A stretch of 64,000 bases of DNA, taken from Microbotryum violaceum (taxonomy: Eukaryota). Shown piece by piece: positions 10,122-22,294 of the stretch (positions are counted from its first letter, which is position 1; the number at the start of each line of letters is the position of its first letter). The stretch lies in NCBI GenBank assembly GCA_001244265.2, contig CDLV01000017.1:1-64000 (forward strand), written 5' to 3'. The notes under the pieces were generated by a model. It searched no databases and had not been told where the DNA came from. It worked only from the letters and a program-made list of their open reading frames with translations. A program made the position numbers and the translations under genes.

Positions 10122-13100
10122 TCATGAGGTAAAAGAGTCGCCGTCGAAGTCGACTCGGAGACCATTCCAAGCGTCTGCCGAACGCCCCGCCGCAACCTTG
10201 CTCGCGAACTCTTGGCTAGTGAAGAACACGACCGAGTACCTCGAGCCACTGAAAGGAAAACTCGAATGAATAAGTCGGCTGGATTGAAAGTGCACTGCAA
10301 GCCCGTCCCCGCACTCGATGATCAGGCCCAGCTCGTGAAAGCAAAGTTCACCTCGCGCGAATGGCTTGCCCTCGAACGAACCGCCGACAAACAGGGAACA
10401 CATCGCTCTTGAGACGTCGGGATCGATGTGAGCTCCCATGACGCTCTCCCAGTTGATCGCCACGTTTGTCTGGAATCTTGGCACATTGTCGAGGCTCGCT
10501 CGGGCCAGAGCCTGTGTTGTTTCGAGCGTTGCGTGCGCTTCGGGACTCGTCGCTTTGAGCTAGGTCGATGCAGCACCAGGTCCATTGAGTCAACACCACA
10601 GCATACTCTTGCGTTCAAGAAGTACTGCGAGAAGGTGGCTCACCGAATCGTCAAGATACGAGATGACGGGATGAAGCGCAGCAAGGACAGCGCCGCCCAC
10701 TGGCCCGAGGTCCTTCGCCGATTTGATGACGTACGGCGCCTTGGCGTATCGGAGCTGCAATCCAATCATACACGACGCTTGTGCTTGCTCCCCTCTCTCG
10801 AGACGGAGCTCACGCTCCATCCTCATTGGGCCCGGCGGAAAGAAAAGGTCGTCGCGGATTGAGCTCTCGACCGAGCGCTTGACGGCTTCGGGGAAGACCT
10901 TGGCAGGGTGCAGGACAATCAGGGGCTCCTTTGGGTTGAGTGGATCTCGGATGATTGCTCCGTACCTTCGCTAGCGATGAGTCCGACGTCGTCAGCAAAC
11001 AATAGGAAAGCGTCGTGTTAAACACTGCTCGAGGCGGTGCGGACTCACTGCTCGATAAATTCTCTCATGATGCGAAATTTCTTGCCGCCCGAGCGTCCCA
11101 ACCTCCCGTGCATCGCCTCAAAGTCTCTGAGGGTGGAGATATCCTCGATGTTGCCCATTGCTTCCTCTTCAGCAAGCAACAGCCGTAACCGATCTTGTCC
11201 CCGTCGCAAGGTCTCGCCATCAATGTCGATGTCAAGGCGCGAAGCGGATGGGACTGATGCACCGTGTTGGGGGCCATGTGATTCCAGCTCGACAGCCTTA
11301 GAGTCCGTCTCCCAGTCCTCGGCGGGCGCGCCCAGCGCCATGCAAACCTGGCGTAGTGCACCTCGTTTACTGGATGGCCCTAAGGAGGTATCAGTGCATT
11401 GCAATGCTTCGATGTTGAGAGATTCGCAGAGCGTGTCCGGGTCCGCAACGTCGAGCCTTCGCACGCAGTCCATAGCCGCGTCGATCGACGCAAAGTGGTC
11501 GAAAGGTGCGCTTGAGATAGCTCCATCAACAATGCCTTGTGAAAATCGGAGGAAATCTTGTCGACTTCTGCTATTGGTAAGGGTGGTGATGCTGCGACGA
11601 CCGGCAAATTGGTCAGATGGGTGCAGCAACGCCGGGAACGGAGCAAGACCTTTGGCATGATGGCTCACGCGGTACCATTGTTTCTCGCCTCATTCGCACC
11701 TGAACTGGTCGACAAGAGCTGCATGCCCAGGTCGGTCGCTTCAATTCTTGGCAGAAGGGCGTCGTCGGTGGTCTCGTTCACAAGTGGGACCACTCCCAAT
11801 CCCCTTGGTCTTCCAAGGCACCGAGCCGCGTCGGCCAAGCTCATTGCCATCTTCTCCGTTCGAAGCGAGGAAAACAAGACATCCGGGTTGCTGATGTGCT
11901 TCTTGGCGGCCCAGTGGCCCGACAGGCAAGAACTCCCGACACTGTAGATTGTTTGTTGGCTCTTCCACTTCCCGTAGCTGTCGTCAGAGAGCAATACGTC
12001 TTCGCCTTGCCACGTGACGGGGATCGGCGGAGCGAGGGTTCGAAGAGTCAAGACCGTAGCCTGAAGATATCGCAGCCCGTTCTGCAAATATGCATCTACA
12101 GCGATTGGTGGATAGGTGACCTCGAGTTAGTCGACGAAAAAACTGCTAACTAAAGCACCGGTGCGCACCGGTGTATAACATACAATCGGTGGACCACTTC
12201 TTCGTCGCGGCGTTCCCCGCTCGGCCATCTTTTGGAGGAGTCGAGCCGGCGACCAGTCCTTCCATTGCGGATCCTAGGCTGATCGTGTTGTCGATCGTGA
12301 ATCCGTCTGTCACAAAAAACAAAACGAGAGCAACGTAGGGACAGCCTGTGCGCGAAGGAGGGAGAGGGAAGGGGTGCGTCGCGAAGGAGGTGTCAGAAAC
12401 GGGATAGGGCAACATGTGTGGTGAGACCGAAGAGACTTGCCGAAAGCCCACGCGACAGCAAAGGCGGCACCGCGTTTGCAGATGGCCTCGAACCCACTCT
12501 CTGTCATCGAGTTCGCCAGAGACGGTTCGACCTTCCGTAGGTAGCCCCAGACCCTTTTGGAAGTCATCTTGAGTCTGTGGAGGGCCCCTCGAAGCACACG
12601 GTCGCGGTCAGATTTTGGATGACGTGCTGCAAACCTTGAAGGATGAGCACCAGACACACCGAGTGATCACTTGCACCAGCCGCATGCCCTCGAGACATCG
12701 TTGATACTGGATACTCATCTCCCTGTCTTGCAACGAATGCACGTGTCTGCACAGGCGGATCAACTCGGATTTGGCTGCTTGCTCCCGGTCTGTCCACGCA
12801 TCCAAGGAAGGCCGCCCTCCACTCTCCCCTGCTTGGCCGCCGACACTCGTCAAGTCGTCGTCACGAGCCGCCGAGAACTGTTCAAGCCTCGACGGATTGA
12901 TGACGTCGCACACAAAGCTGCCAAATTTGTTCTGAAACGCTGGATCGCCGAATGAATGAAGTGCGCGTGCGAGTTGCTCGCCAGGAGTCGCTGGCGAAAT
13001 GTTGGCGATCGTTTCGAGTTGCGCAACCGCTCTCCAGTCCACTCGACCTGATGATGTACGGGGTTGGCCCAGCGCTCGAGGTGACTTGCTTGTTTCCACG

Positions 13101-13726
13101 GTCGACCCCCGGTAGCGTGCCAAGGGTGACGTCATGTTCGTAGTCTCCGCGGTGACCATCCGAGGTCTCTTGCGAGCATAATTGCCCTCGCTCGACTTGC
13201 TGGCCGTCGTCGATCGACTCCGAGGGGTCCAGAGTTGTGCGCTCGAGCTCGACGACGACGAGTTCGTTTCCAGGTCGCTATCGTCGTCGTCATCATCGGA
13301 AGACAATCGCGATCGCTTGATCTGCGGTACCGTGGCAGCCGGAATGCGGACGACCAATCGTGTTGGCGTAGGGCCGGCCGTCACGGAAATGGAAGGGCGA
13401 GGGGCGGAGGCGGAGGGGATGGTGGTGGTGAAGGGCGCTGTTACTGTCGCTGCTGTGGCTGGGACACAGCCTCCCTCATACGTCAGCATAATGAGCTCGA
13501 CCGGGAGCAGAAGCCGATATTTCAGGATGAACACACGTTCCAGTGCCTTGAGGATGATGTGGAAGCGATGCAACGCCTGCCAGAATGTCGAGGGGAGCTT
13601 CTGATGCGGCAGTGCGACGAGGCGCGCGTGCAACGCGTCGAAACTGACGCAGGCGTCCTTGACGGTACCACTGGCATACAACACAAGTCCACTTGGGCGA
13701 GCCTTCATCTCGGCACCAGGTTTCAT
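10122..13726 (-). CDS. TET/JBP-like 2OG-Fe(II) dioxygenase, ~1030 aa, 7 exons
   Basis: Exons 13726-12660, 12574-12441, 12345-12184, 12095-11669, 11591-11049, 10965-10644 and 10559-10122 join in frame (3093 nt). Introns are 77-95 nt with CTGAC/CTAAC-type branch sites, and one has a GC donor. The C-terminus has VAINW..AHIDPD..GELCFHELGLII..G..V.F.S..LIH......RYSVVFF (HxD..H..R). The start codon is uncertain. Confidence 0.75.
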
Positions 13727-14059
13727 GACGGGTTGTTGATGGCAAGAGTCCTCAGAACGACGGGGATGAGAGGTGGGAGTCAGGAGGGGAAGCGCTCTCG
13801 GCACGTGGTCGATCCTCTGATCGGCGCGTGGTCGAATCACCAGGTCTGAGGGAGGCGTCACACTGACCTTCATTCTCGGCTCCAATGTCTCAGTTCACTT
13901 GGTCGGCCGACAAGTGTGCAACTTACTTACTGCCAGCTTGGGACTCAGCATTGCACTCATCGACTATGTACCGAGTCCAGTGAGTCCAAGTTCAGCCATG
14001 CTGCCTATTATGTATACTATAAGCCGGAGCAAAGAGACCGTCCAGCGGACCCAATGGAT

Positions 14060-15436
14060 TCAAACTGGTATAAGCTTCACTTCTCTACGAATTGTTACAA
14101 CCGCCCCTGTTCGACATCAAAGCGTGAGGCGTCATCTGTGCTTAGGCACCCAAACTCCAAGGAAGTCACCCTTGGCGGAGACGGTGGTGGACCCGCCATC
14201 CGCAGTCGAGAAGATTTCGACCTCACGGTCGGGCGTCGATGCACGATGCGCAGCCGACTCCGCTGCCAACTTCTCTTCTTCCACCGGATCAGGTTCGTCG
14301 TCATCTTCTTCGTCTTTGATGAGACTCGACTTTTTGGCGGGGTCCAAAGTGGAAAATAGTCAGTGGCGGTGAAGTTACAAGATTCGGTCCGAAATCACTG
14401 GGATCGCGGTCGCAACCTACATGGCGATAGCGATTGGGGGCCGGAGCAGCGGCTTGAGATGCGGGGCCTCGGAGGACTTGTGGTGGCGCTCTGATCTTGA
14501 TCACCGGCTGAGAAGAGGTGCTGTCCATCATATCAGAGATTGTAAGGGGTAAAAATGGTGGAGGATCAGGGAAAAGTACAGACTTACAAAACTAACCATC
14601 TGTCTATCCATGATGGTGCGGAGGGGCGTGTCGACAGCTCGGCACGAGTGCGTCGCGCAAAGACGAGTACACCTCCATTCGACCCCAGGCGACGGTGTGG
14701 TAGGCACTTGAAACTGAAGCCTAAAGGGGCAAGCGGCACCGATAGCACAGCAGAAAGTAACAGAACCTTTCTGAGTCCTGAATGCGCGGAGAAAGCGGCC
14801 CTCACGGCGGGCGCAGGAACGGAGCGAACCTTCGAGACGGGTAAGGTCGGTTGGGCCCAACAGCTCGCTGCCGACGTCGATATACCCGCGGTTCAGGTAC
14901 GTCTGGGATAAGGATACGTCAGATAGAGCAATACCGGTTGATTAGTGCACTCTCCACCCATATCGAGCCTGTTGCACCGCCAGGTTTGACTCGCTGCTCC
15001 CACCAAAGCAGTGGCACCGATGGAGTGCAAGACTGACCTCCAAATCCGCGGGTTCCTCCCTGTGACCGTGGGCTAGGACTTTCTTGGGGTTCGCCTTGGA
15101 CTTGGAGCGGCTGCCTTTGCGGCCTCTGCGGACGGCGCGACTTTTTTCCTGCAGTCTCGCAATGGCGGCGGTTCGGAAAAGTGGGACGCGATTCACAACC
15201 CACTCTTGAGGTGATGGTTGTCCTACTTGCGCAAGAACGACGTGCTTGCAGCCCGGAATGTTGGCCATGATAGTGATGCTCGGTAGCTGGCCGTTTTCGG
15301 CGGGGCGCGTGGCGGAGGTGAACGACGGCGAGAGGTTTGCTTCAAGTAAAGAAAGGTGGAAGAGCAGGCTCAGATCCTCGATTGAATTCCATCGAGAGTT
15401 GGCAGCGGGCCATTTCTGCGCGGTCAAGTCGGGCAT
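14060..15436 (-). CDS. Protein with Mutator-transposase/FAR1 (WRKY-GCM1 fold)-like Zn DNA-binding domain(s); no DDE core seen
   Basis: Spliced: MPDLTAQKW...WNSIEDL...GCKHVVLAQ...EWVV (degenerate repeat) ...ADLE|TYLNRGYIDVGSELL...LEGSLRSCARREG...FCCAIGAACPFRL...EWRCTRLCATHSC (C-x4/5-C...W...HxC), then an acidic tail. The 3' exons and stop are tentative. Confidence 0.55.
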
Positions 15437-16432
15437 GTTGGACGAGAAGGCGGTGTGTTGGACGAAAACAGTCTCAGCTCTAGCAGCTCGAACGAGCAAA
15501 CACGCGGCGCCTACACGAAGCGCTTGTAAACAGGGGACGAGCGGAGTCAGACACGGGTCAGCACAAGTGGCCCTGGGGACGGTGGGTCAAAGCGACTTGT
15601 TGTGCACTGCAACAGGGGTTCCTCACACCAAAGTGGCAACTGAAAGCTCGATGTGGGTAGAGAGTGAACCGCCACAGCGGTTTATCGACGACGAGTGGCC
15701 ATGGTAGTAACGGACCGAGTGGCGGGGGCGCGACGGTTACGTGTCCGGCTAATTTCACTAGCCCCTATTGTTTCATCGTCAAACAGAACGGGCTATCAGT
15801 CCCAACGTTAACCCACAGCCGAGAGAAGTGGAGGAGAAGTGAAAGAAGCTGTACCATGCACCACTCGGGTCGGATGTTGTGTGTAGCCGATAGCTAACAC
15901 TACTCTCGAGTTCCGAGTCTTTGGCTGATTTGCTAATTGCTGGGCGCTTCGTCGCTCGTCGAGCGTCTCGAGCGTCTCGTGTCGGCTAAGTAACACGACA
16001 AACAGTCTCCGACTGAACGACGTTTGTGCCGATCTGTATTGATGAAGATAAATAATATATAATAAATGACTTTGGTTTGGGCTTGGGGGCGAATCCCCTC
16101 ACGACACGGCCCCGCGAAGAAACCGGCGGGGCAGCGCAAGCAAGGGGAGGCAAACCGGGGAGGCGGGCAGGAAAGCAAAAATTTAGGAGTTTCGAGCGAG
16201 CAACAGGCGATGTTGCGAGCGAGAATAGTTGGTTCTAGCAAGAGGGAGTGATTCACACCGCACTCGCCTTTCGACTCGCGCGGCGCGCCCGTTGGTCGCC
16301 TTTGGCAGAACGAGAACGACGCGCGCGTAGCACCGCGTCCGACCGCGTCGCGCTTGCTCTCGGCCTCGCTTCCTTCCGCTCAGGCGCCGTCTCCCCTCCT
16401 CCGTTCAGCGGTGGCATTCTCGCATCCTGACC

Positions 16433-17392
16433 ATGTCTAGAACAATACGAAGCGCTTCGATCTCGCGCAAGACGAACGAGACCGACATCGCCATAACGCT
16501 CACGCTCGACGTCGCGGTCGGCGCCGCGCAGGAGATCAACATTAGCACAGGCATCGGCTTCCTTGACCATGTGAGCTTGCCATGCAGTAATTCCCGCGTG
16601 GTATCGCTTCTGCACGCTGACGTCGATTCCGCCGTGCCTCATCTCTCGTCCCTCGTGCATCAACTCCCATCGCGTGACCACGGAGTGTGCCGCCGATACG
16701 CCAGATGTACCATGCGCTCGCCAAGCACTCCAAAATGTCGCTCACCATCAAATGCAAAGGCGACCTGTGGATCGACGACCACCACACCGCCGAGGACAGT
16801 GCGCTCGCGCTCGGCGAGGCGTTCAAGCTCGCGCTCGGTGAACGCAAGGGGATTAGGAGGTACGGTACAGGATTCGCACCACTCGACGAGGTATGTCCAG
16901 CAGCTAGTGCTTCATCCGTGTTCCTCCACCCGTACTGACATCGCGGCGCACTACCTTTGCCGACCGACAGGCCCTCTCTCGAGCCGTGCTCGACATCTCG
17001 TCGCGGCCTTACTTCTGCGGCGACCTTCAACTCAAGCGGGAAAAGATTGGGGACCTGTCCTGCGAGATGATTCCGCACGTCTTCCAGTCGTTTGCCCAAG
17101 GTGCAGGGGTGACGCTTCACGTGGATGTAATCAAGGGCGAGAACGATCACCACAAGTTGAGTTCGACAGGACAGGGGGAAGGCTGGTCTCTCCCGACGTT
17201 GGCTCGCCTCTACCTTGTCCATAGTCATTATCTCTGCGTAAATCACATAGGCAGCAAGCTGACAGACACCTCAATCTAAACAAGCACAGAGCCGAATCCG
17301 CTTTCAAAGCTTTGGCATTGGCGATCCGAGAAGCGATACAAACCGATGGTTCCGACGATGTCCCCTCGACCAAGGGCGTTCTGGCGCTTTAG
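16433..17392 (+). CDS. HIS3: Imidazoleglycerol-phosphate dehydratase, 4 exons
   Basis: [82 protein letters not shown]. Confidence 0.97.
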
Positions 17393-18017
17393 ACATTCAC
17401 CCTGTATTCACACCCACCCTAACATCTTGTACTGTAACTCTAGACGACTAGTGGCGAGCTACACACCGAATAAAGCGCTACACACCGAATAAAGCCCCAA
17501 AAGACAAAACAACTCAAAGCCCCTCGGGACAGGATCAGAAAATACGAAATAACGTTGGACCGCGCCCCGGCCACTCTAGACAGACTCTACCCTTTATCTA
17601 GCTCAGCCGGGAAACCCAATACGCGCATTGTTGGATTTGAACGTCGTGTAAAGGTTCTACATGAAAGCGTCGCCCAAGATGTGGCCCGCCCCTCCGGCCG
17701 CCCCACCGCCCCATTGGGCGCCACCTATCACGCTGGCCGAGCAGTTCGTGTCGTCGACTTGGCCCAAGTTGAGGGTGTCTTAGCCAGGGATCGAAGCGAA
17801 GTCCGCAGCGGTCACAGCGTCAACCAAGACCATGTGAACTGTACCACTGTTGACGATGGCGTCGGCGTTGTCGCTGCCGATGGAGACCCCGTTGACTTGC
17901 AACGTCGTTTGGACTCCCCAGAAGAGGTTTCACTCACTGTTTTATTGGAAGTGAAAGCGCCGAAAATAAAAAATAAAGCATGTACCCAAGGGTGTGCGAG
18001 CGCACACACAAGACCGG
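16951..18017. repeat. Segmental direct repeat, copy 1 (HIS3 3' half plus aspartic protease 3' part)
   Basis: Aligns by eye with 20953-22115 throughout, with substitutions and indels. Confidence 0.9.
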
Positions 18018-18310
18018 GCCTCGATCGAGCATCGACTAGACATACCACACTCGTTCAGTCGGTTGTGCCAGCCACGTAGATATCACGTACCAGCTCGGCC
18101 ATCGAACAAAGAGACTGGGCGTCGCGCGACACCCACCCACCCGAATTTCCGTCCCATACTCTCGTGTCGATAGGCGAACTTGGCAGATGGGTCGCGAATA
18201 GAACGATTGTGGAGTTGGCATTCACGGTGAGTAGGTCAATTGATGACAGTGAGGCCTAGGCAATCGAGTCCGGTGCAAGGTCGACGTCGACGGTCGAGGC
18301 GGCCATTGCG
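17598..18310 (-). pseudogene. Pepsin-like (A1) aspartic protease pseudogene, copy 1
   Basis: FWGVQTT..IVNSGT..HILGDAFM..ARIGF remnants, with a ~115-bp deletion relative to copy 2, in-frame stops and frameshifts, and the second catalytic Asp read as Asn. Confidence 0.75.
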
Positions 18311-19190
18311 AGGGGCGAGCGGCAAGCAAATTGTGACTTTGCACTCGTGGTGAAGGGATGGCCACAGACAGCGGGAGACTGAGCTGCAGAGGTGTGTCGG
18401 TTTGGTCGAAGAAAGTGCGGATGGGCGTCGATCAAATGTTCGCCGAGTCGTGCAACATAGTGCCGACAGACTCCGAGCCTGCCGCGTCGATAAGACTCTT
18501 CAATTCGATCAAGAAAGAGATGTGAGGGCAAGTGATCGCATGCGAGTGGTCGCTCGACGTTGACGACGCGAGTAAACGATGTGGGGGTGGCTCAGGTGAT
18601 CCTCACAGGTCACAGGTCGAGAGTAGTGTTCGGGGTGCAGCAACGAGGATCAAGTGACATGTGCATCGATGCGACGCCTCAGGAAAGTTGAGCATCTCTT
18701 CACGTGCTGTGGCGACGAATTCAACAGACGCGGCGTCGGGCCTCGAGACAGGGAAGCCGAAACGCGAAGCTGAATCAGATGGCGGAAATCAATCCAAAAC
18801 TCGCGTGCGAGGACAATAAACGCTGGAGCGTGTGGAGAGCCCGCCGTCCGACAAATGGACGAACATGGGGCTGCGGTACGGACACGAAACCTGCGGTGCG
18901 GACATGAAAATCTCGAATCATCATAAGCCCCGCAATACACGTGTTATCATGTTTCCCTTGCAAGTTCATCCCTTGCAAGTTCAAAATAAGTATACTCATA
19001 CGATTTTTCGCAGCCTCAGGATCATCTACTTTGGTTGTGTACCCAAAATCAAGTCGATGTCGTTGCGGCCGGAGCGCGCCGGATCGCCGGAGGCCAAGGA
19101 GCAGTCTGGAGCAGTGGGCCGCGCACTGCCGTCGCGCGTTTCCGAGGCCACAACGCCTAGTGTAATTCCACCTCCAGCGTCTCGCTCTGT

Positions 19191-20950
19191 ATGGCTTCTT
19201 CCAACGAAGCGACGCCAAATGTTTCCACCAAGTCTTGGCCACCAACGCTCACCCGACTCCTCGCTACTTGTGCTCCATCCAGCTGGTTTCTCCCGCCACC
19301 GGACCACGATGGAGCGTGTCACTCAATTGTTTCGCGCGTTCGAGCCGATGCTGGGACGACCGCCTACGATTGCGTTGCACGGTTGGGAGGATTGAAATGG
19401 GACACACCCGCGTCACCTGGCGTCAGGGTTCTTAGCTCTTTCTTCGACTTAGTGGAGCAACACCCATCATTGCTGGAGCTGTTCCGCGAGGAGAAGTTTC
19501 CTTTGGAGGCCTCTTCTTTGGCGGTTTACAATCCGGCGACGCTGCTCAACCATCACGCCGCGATCACCGAGGCCGTCGGAACTTCTTCCGCTCCCGCATC
19601 GACCTCCGCGACGACACCCCAGTACACGGTCCGCGCACGCAGGGCGATATTGTCCTCTACATTCAACGTGGGGCTGGCAACGTCGTTTCAAATATCTCGA
19701 TCGAATACCAGTGGGACAACGTACATCATCGCTTGGCCAAGGTACTCCAGGAGGGCGCCCTCTCGCATATTCAGTATGATTTAGAGGAAGAAATGTCGAA
19801 GGGCGCAGATGCTCTGGCAACCAAGGTGAGCCACGCATCTAGACAAACGCTTTCTCGATCCGGTCCCGAATATTGGGGCTCTGGCTTTACTCATTTGCCA
19901 TTTCACATGCTCGTAAAGGCCATCATTCAACGCGTCTCCAGCGATAGTCGATTCTTTTAGTTGGTGTCGTTTCCGTTCTTCCAGATCGGTGAACTCGGTA
20001 CGTCGCATCTTTGAACTCACCAACACCTGTCGAAACCTTCCGGGCCCCACTGATGCATGCGATCATGCGGCCTTGATTTGGCCGTTCGTCGCTCACCCAC
20101 AATCCAGCACCAATCAACGCATGCTGCAACGGCAAGGGATCCCGTAGCGTCGACCTCAGCCTCGTCGGCCTCAATGTCGGCTGCGACAGCTTACTTGCCG
20201 GCAACTTCCCCCAAGGCAAGTTGCAGCTTGATTCTACAAGAGCTGGCCCGATGGGTAGAGCCTTCTCCGACTACCTTGAGCCCAGAAGCTGCCGAAACAC
20301 TTGGCGCCGATCTTTCACGACGGTCACTCATCGTATCCTTCATCGCCCTGGCTTTCACAGCCGTGAACGAAGTCCTCAAGCCGGACGAAGCCGTCGTCGA
20401 TAAACTGCTCAGTGCCCGGTCCCAACCTCCGAATCGGCCTCGAACTGTGACTATGATCCCTCCGCGCGGGTCCAAAGAGCTCAGAAGACGTCGGCCGACG
20501 ACACCGGTGCTCGGACACCGGTGCTCGTTCTTTGGGGCTACTGGCAGGCCAACCATCGCTGGCTCAAGCCAAGGATCCGCATCGACCCGTCACCCCGTCC
20601 GTCTCCGTGGAGTTGCAATCCGATCTTTCACCCGACCCGTTGATGCCTGTGACTCGCATTTGCTCGTCCCCACCTGCATCGACGAATTGAAATCCTATGA
20701 TCTCGCCGCTCTCCGGCTCGCACCTCCCGTCGAAATCGATCACCGTAGTTCAAGATCGCGGGTTCATGATCAATGCCAGCTTGTCGAACGCGCACTGGTC
20801 TATGATGGTATGTCACGCGCTCTACCATGCTGCTCCCCTCCAAGCCCCTGTAACCCAGCTCACAGAAAGGATCGTTTATTCAAGCTCTTGCGCAGTCGTA
20901 CACGGGCACGAGCCGCGTGGATCTGGTCGAGATCGGCTTTGATATCGTCT
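19191..20950 (+). pseudogene. Degenerate coding sequence of unknown family between the duplicated blocks
   Basis: A chain of protein-like reading frames (MERVTQLFRAFE.., VLSSFFDLVEQHPSLLELF.., LSRRSLIVSFIALAF..) linked by frameshifts and stops. No family recognised. Confidence 0.4.
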
Positions 20951-20972
20951 CTCTAACTTTGCCAACCGACAG

Positions 20973-21401
20973 GCCCTCTCTCGAGCCGTGCTCGACATCT
21001 CGTCGCGGCCTTACTTCTGCGCCGACCTTCAACTCAAGCGGAAAAAGATCGGGGACCTGTCATGCGAGATGATTCCGCACGTCTTCCAGTCATTTGCCCA
21101 AGGTGCAGGGGTGACGCTTCACGTGGATGTAATCAGAGACGAGAACGATCACCACAAGTTGAGTTCGGCAGGACAGGTGCAAGGCTGGGCTCCCGACGCT
21201 GGCTCGCCTCTACCTTTTCCATGATCATATTCTCTGGGTAGAACACGTGGGCAGCATGCTGACAAACATCTCAATTTCAAAAAGCGCAGAGCCGAGTCCG
21301 CCGTCAGAGACGTCAGAGCCTTGGCGTTGGCGATCCGAGAGGCGATCCAGAGCAATGGTTCCGATGATGTCCCCTCGACCAAGGACGTTCTGGCGCTTTA
21401 G
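20973..21401 (+). pseudogene. HIS3 3' fragment (exons 3-4 only)
   Basis: [15 protein letters not shown]...[22 protein letters not shown]...STKDVLAL. It lacks exons 1-2 and carries a 9-nt insertion and G-to-D changes. Confidence 0.88.
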
Positions 21402-21588
21402 ACATTCACCCTGTATTCACACCCACCCTAAAATCTTGTACTGTAACTCTAGACAAATATCAGCGAGCTACACACTCAAAAAAGCCCCAAATGACAAAAC
21501 GACTCCAAGCCCCTCGGCGCAGCATAAGAAAGTACGAAAGAACACTGGACCGCGCCCCGGGCCACTCTTGACACACTCTAGCCTATAT

Positions 21589-22020
21589 CTAGCTCAACTG
21601 GGAAAAGCCAACACGCGCATTGTCGGAATCGAAGGTCATGTAAACGTTCTGCATAAAAGCGTCGCCCAAAATGTGGCCCGCACCTCCGGCCGCCGCATCG
21701 GCGCCACCCATCACGCTGGCCAAGCAGTTCGTGTCGTCGACTTGGCCCAAGTTGAGGGTGTCCTCAGAGATGGTCCACGCTGTCGATCCACCCGGGAACG
21801 AGAAAGTGAACACGGGAGGGGTTGCACAAGGATAGGTGTACATCTTGGACGCCGTGCTGTTCTGGTAGTAACCCCAGCCGGGGATCGAAGCGAAGGCAGC
21901 AGCGGCCACGGCGTCAACCATGACTACATAAAAGGTACCACTGTCGACGTTGGCGTCAGCGTTGTTGCCGCCAATGGTAACGCCATTGATTTGTATCGTC
22001 GTTTGGACTCCCCAGAATAG
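21589..22020 (-). pseudogene. Aspartic protease (A1) 3' exon, 5'-truncated, copy 2
   Basis: FWGVQTTIQING...VDSGTFYVV...YTYPC..PPVFTFSF...ILGDAFMQNVYMTFDSDNARVGFSQL. No N-terminal lobe upstream. Confidence 0.8.
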
Positions 22021-22294
22021 GCTGCGCTTGTTGGTCTATCGGGTTCATGTGAGTAAGAACGACGCAAGGAAAGAGAAACATGAGCCCAAGGGGATACGAG
22101 CGCATACAAGACCGGTCCGGACTCCGCCGTTGACGCTTAGACTACGAGGCGCGCGCCTCAGATCCGATCCTTGCCTCGCCGATCACATTGTCAGGCGTGA
22201 ATCCGGATCTATATTCGCCTAAAGTTCCTCAAGTCCCGTTCACAGTTTGTAATGATGTATTAGGATCTGTAATCAGAACAGGGACAGCGACTCG

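Larger units (their letters stand above)
20953..22115. repeat. Segmental direct repeat, copy 2
   Basis: Begins CTAACTTTGCCAACCGACAGGCCCTCTCTCGAGCCGTG, matching 16951 onward. Confidence 0.9.

Noticed and set aside
10014-15930. Weak inverted similarity between ~10014-10042 and ~15899-15925 as TIRs around the TET/MULE pair
   Set aside because: Only an 8-bp exact core with gaps and no TSD, which is compatible with chance.
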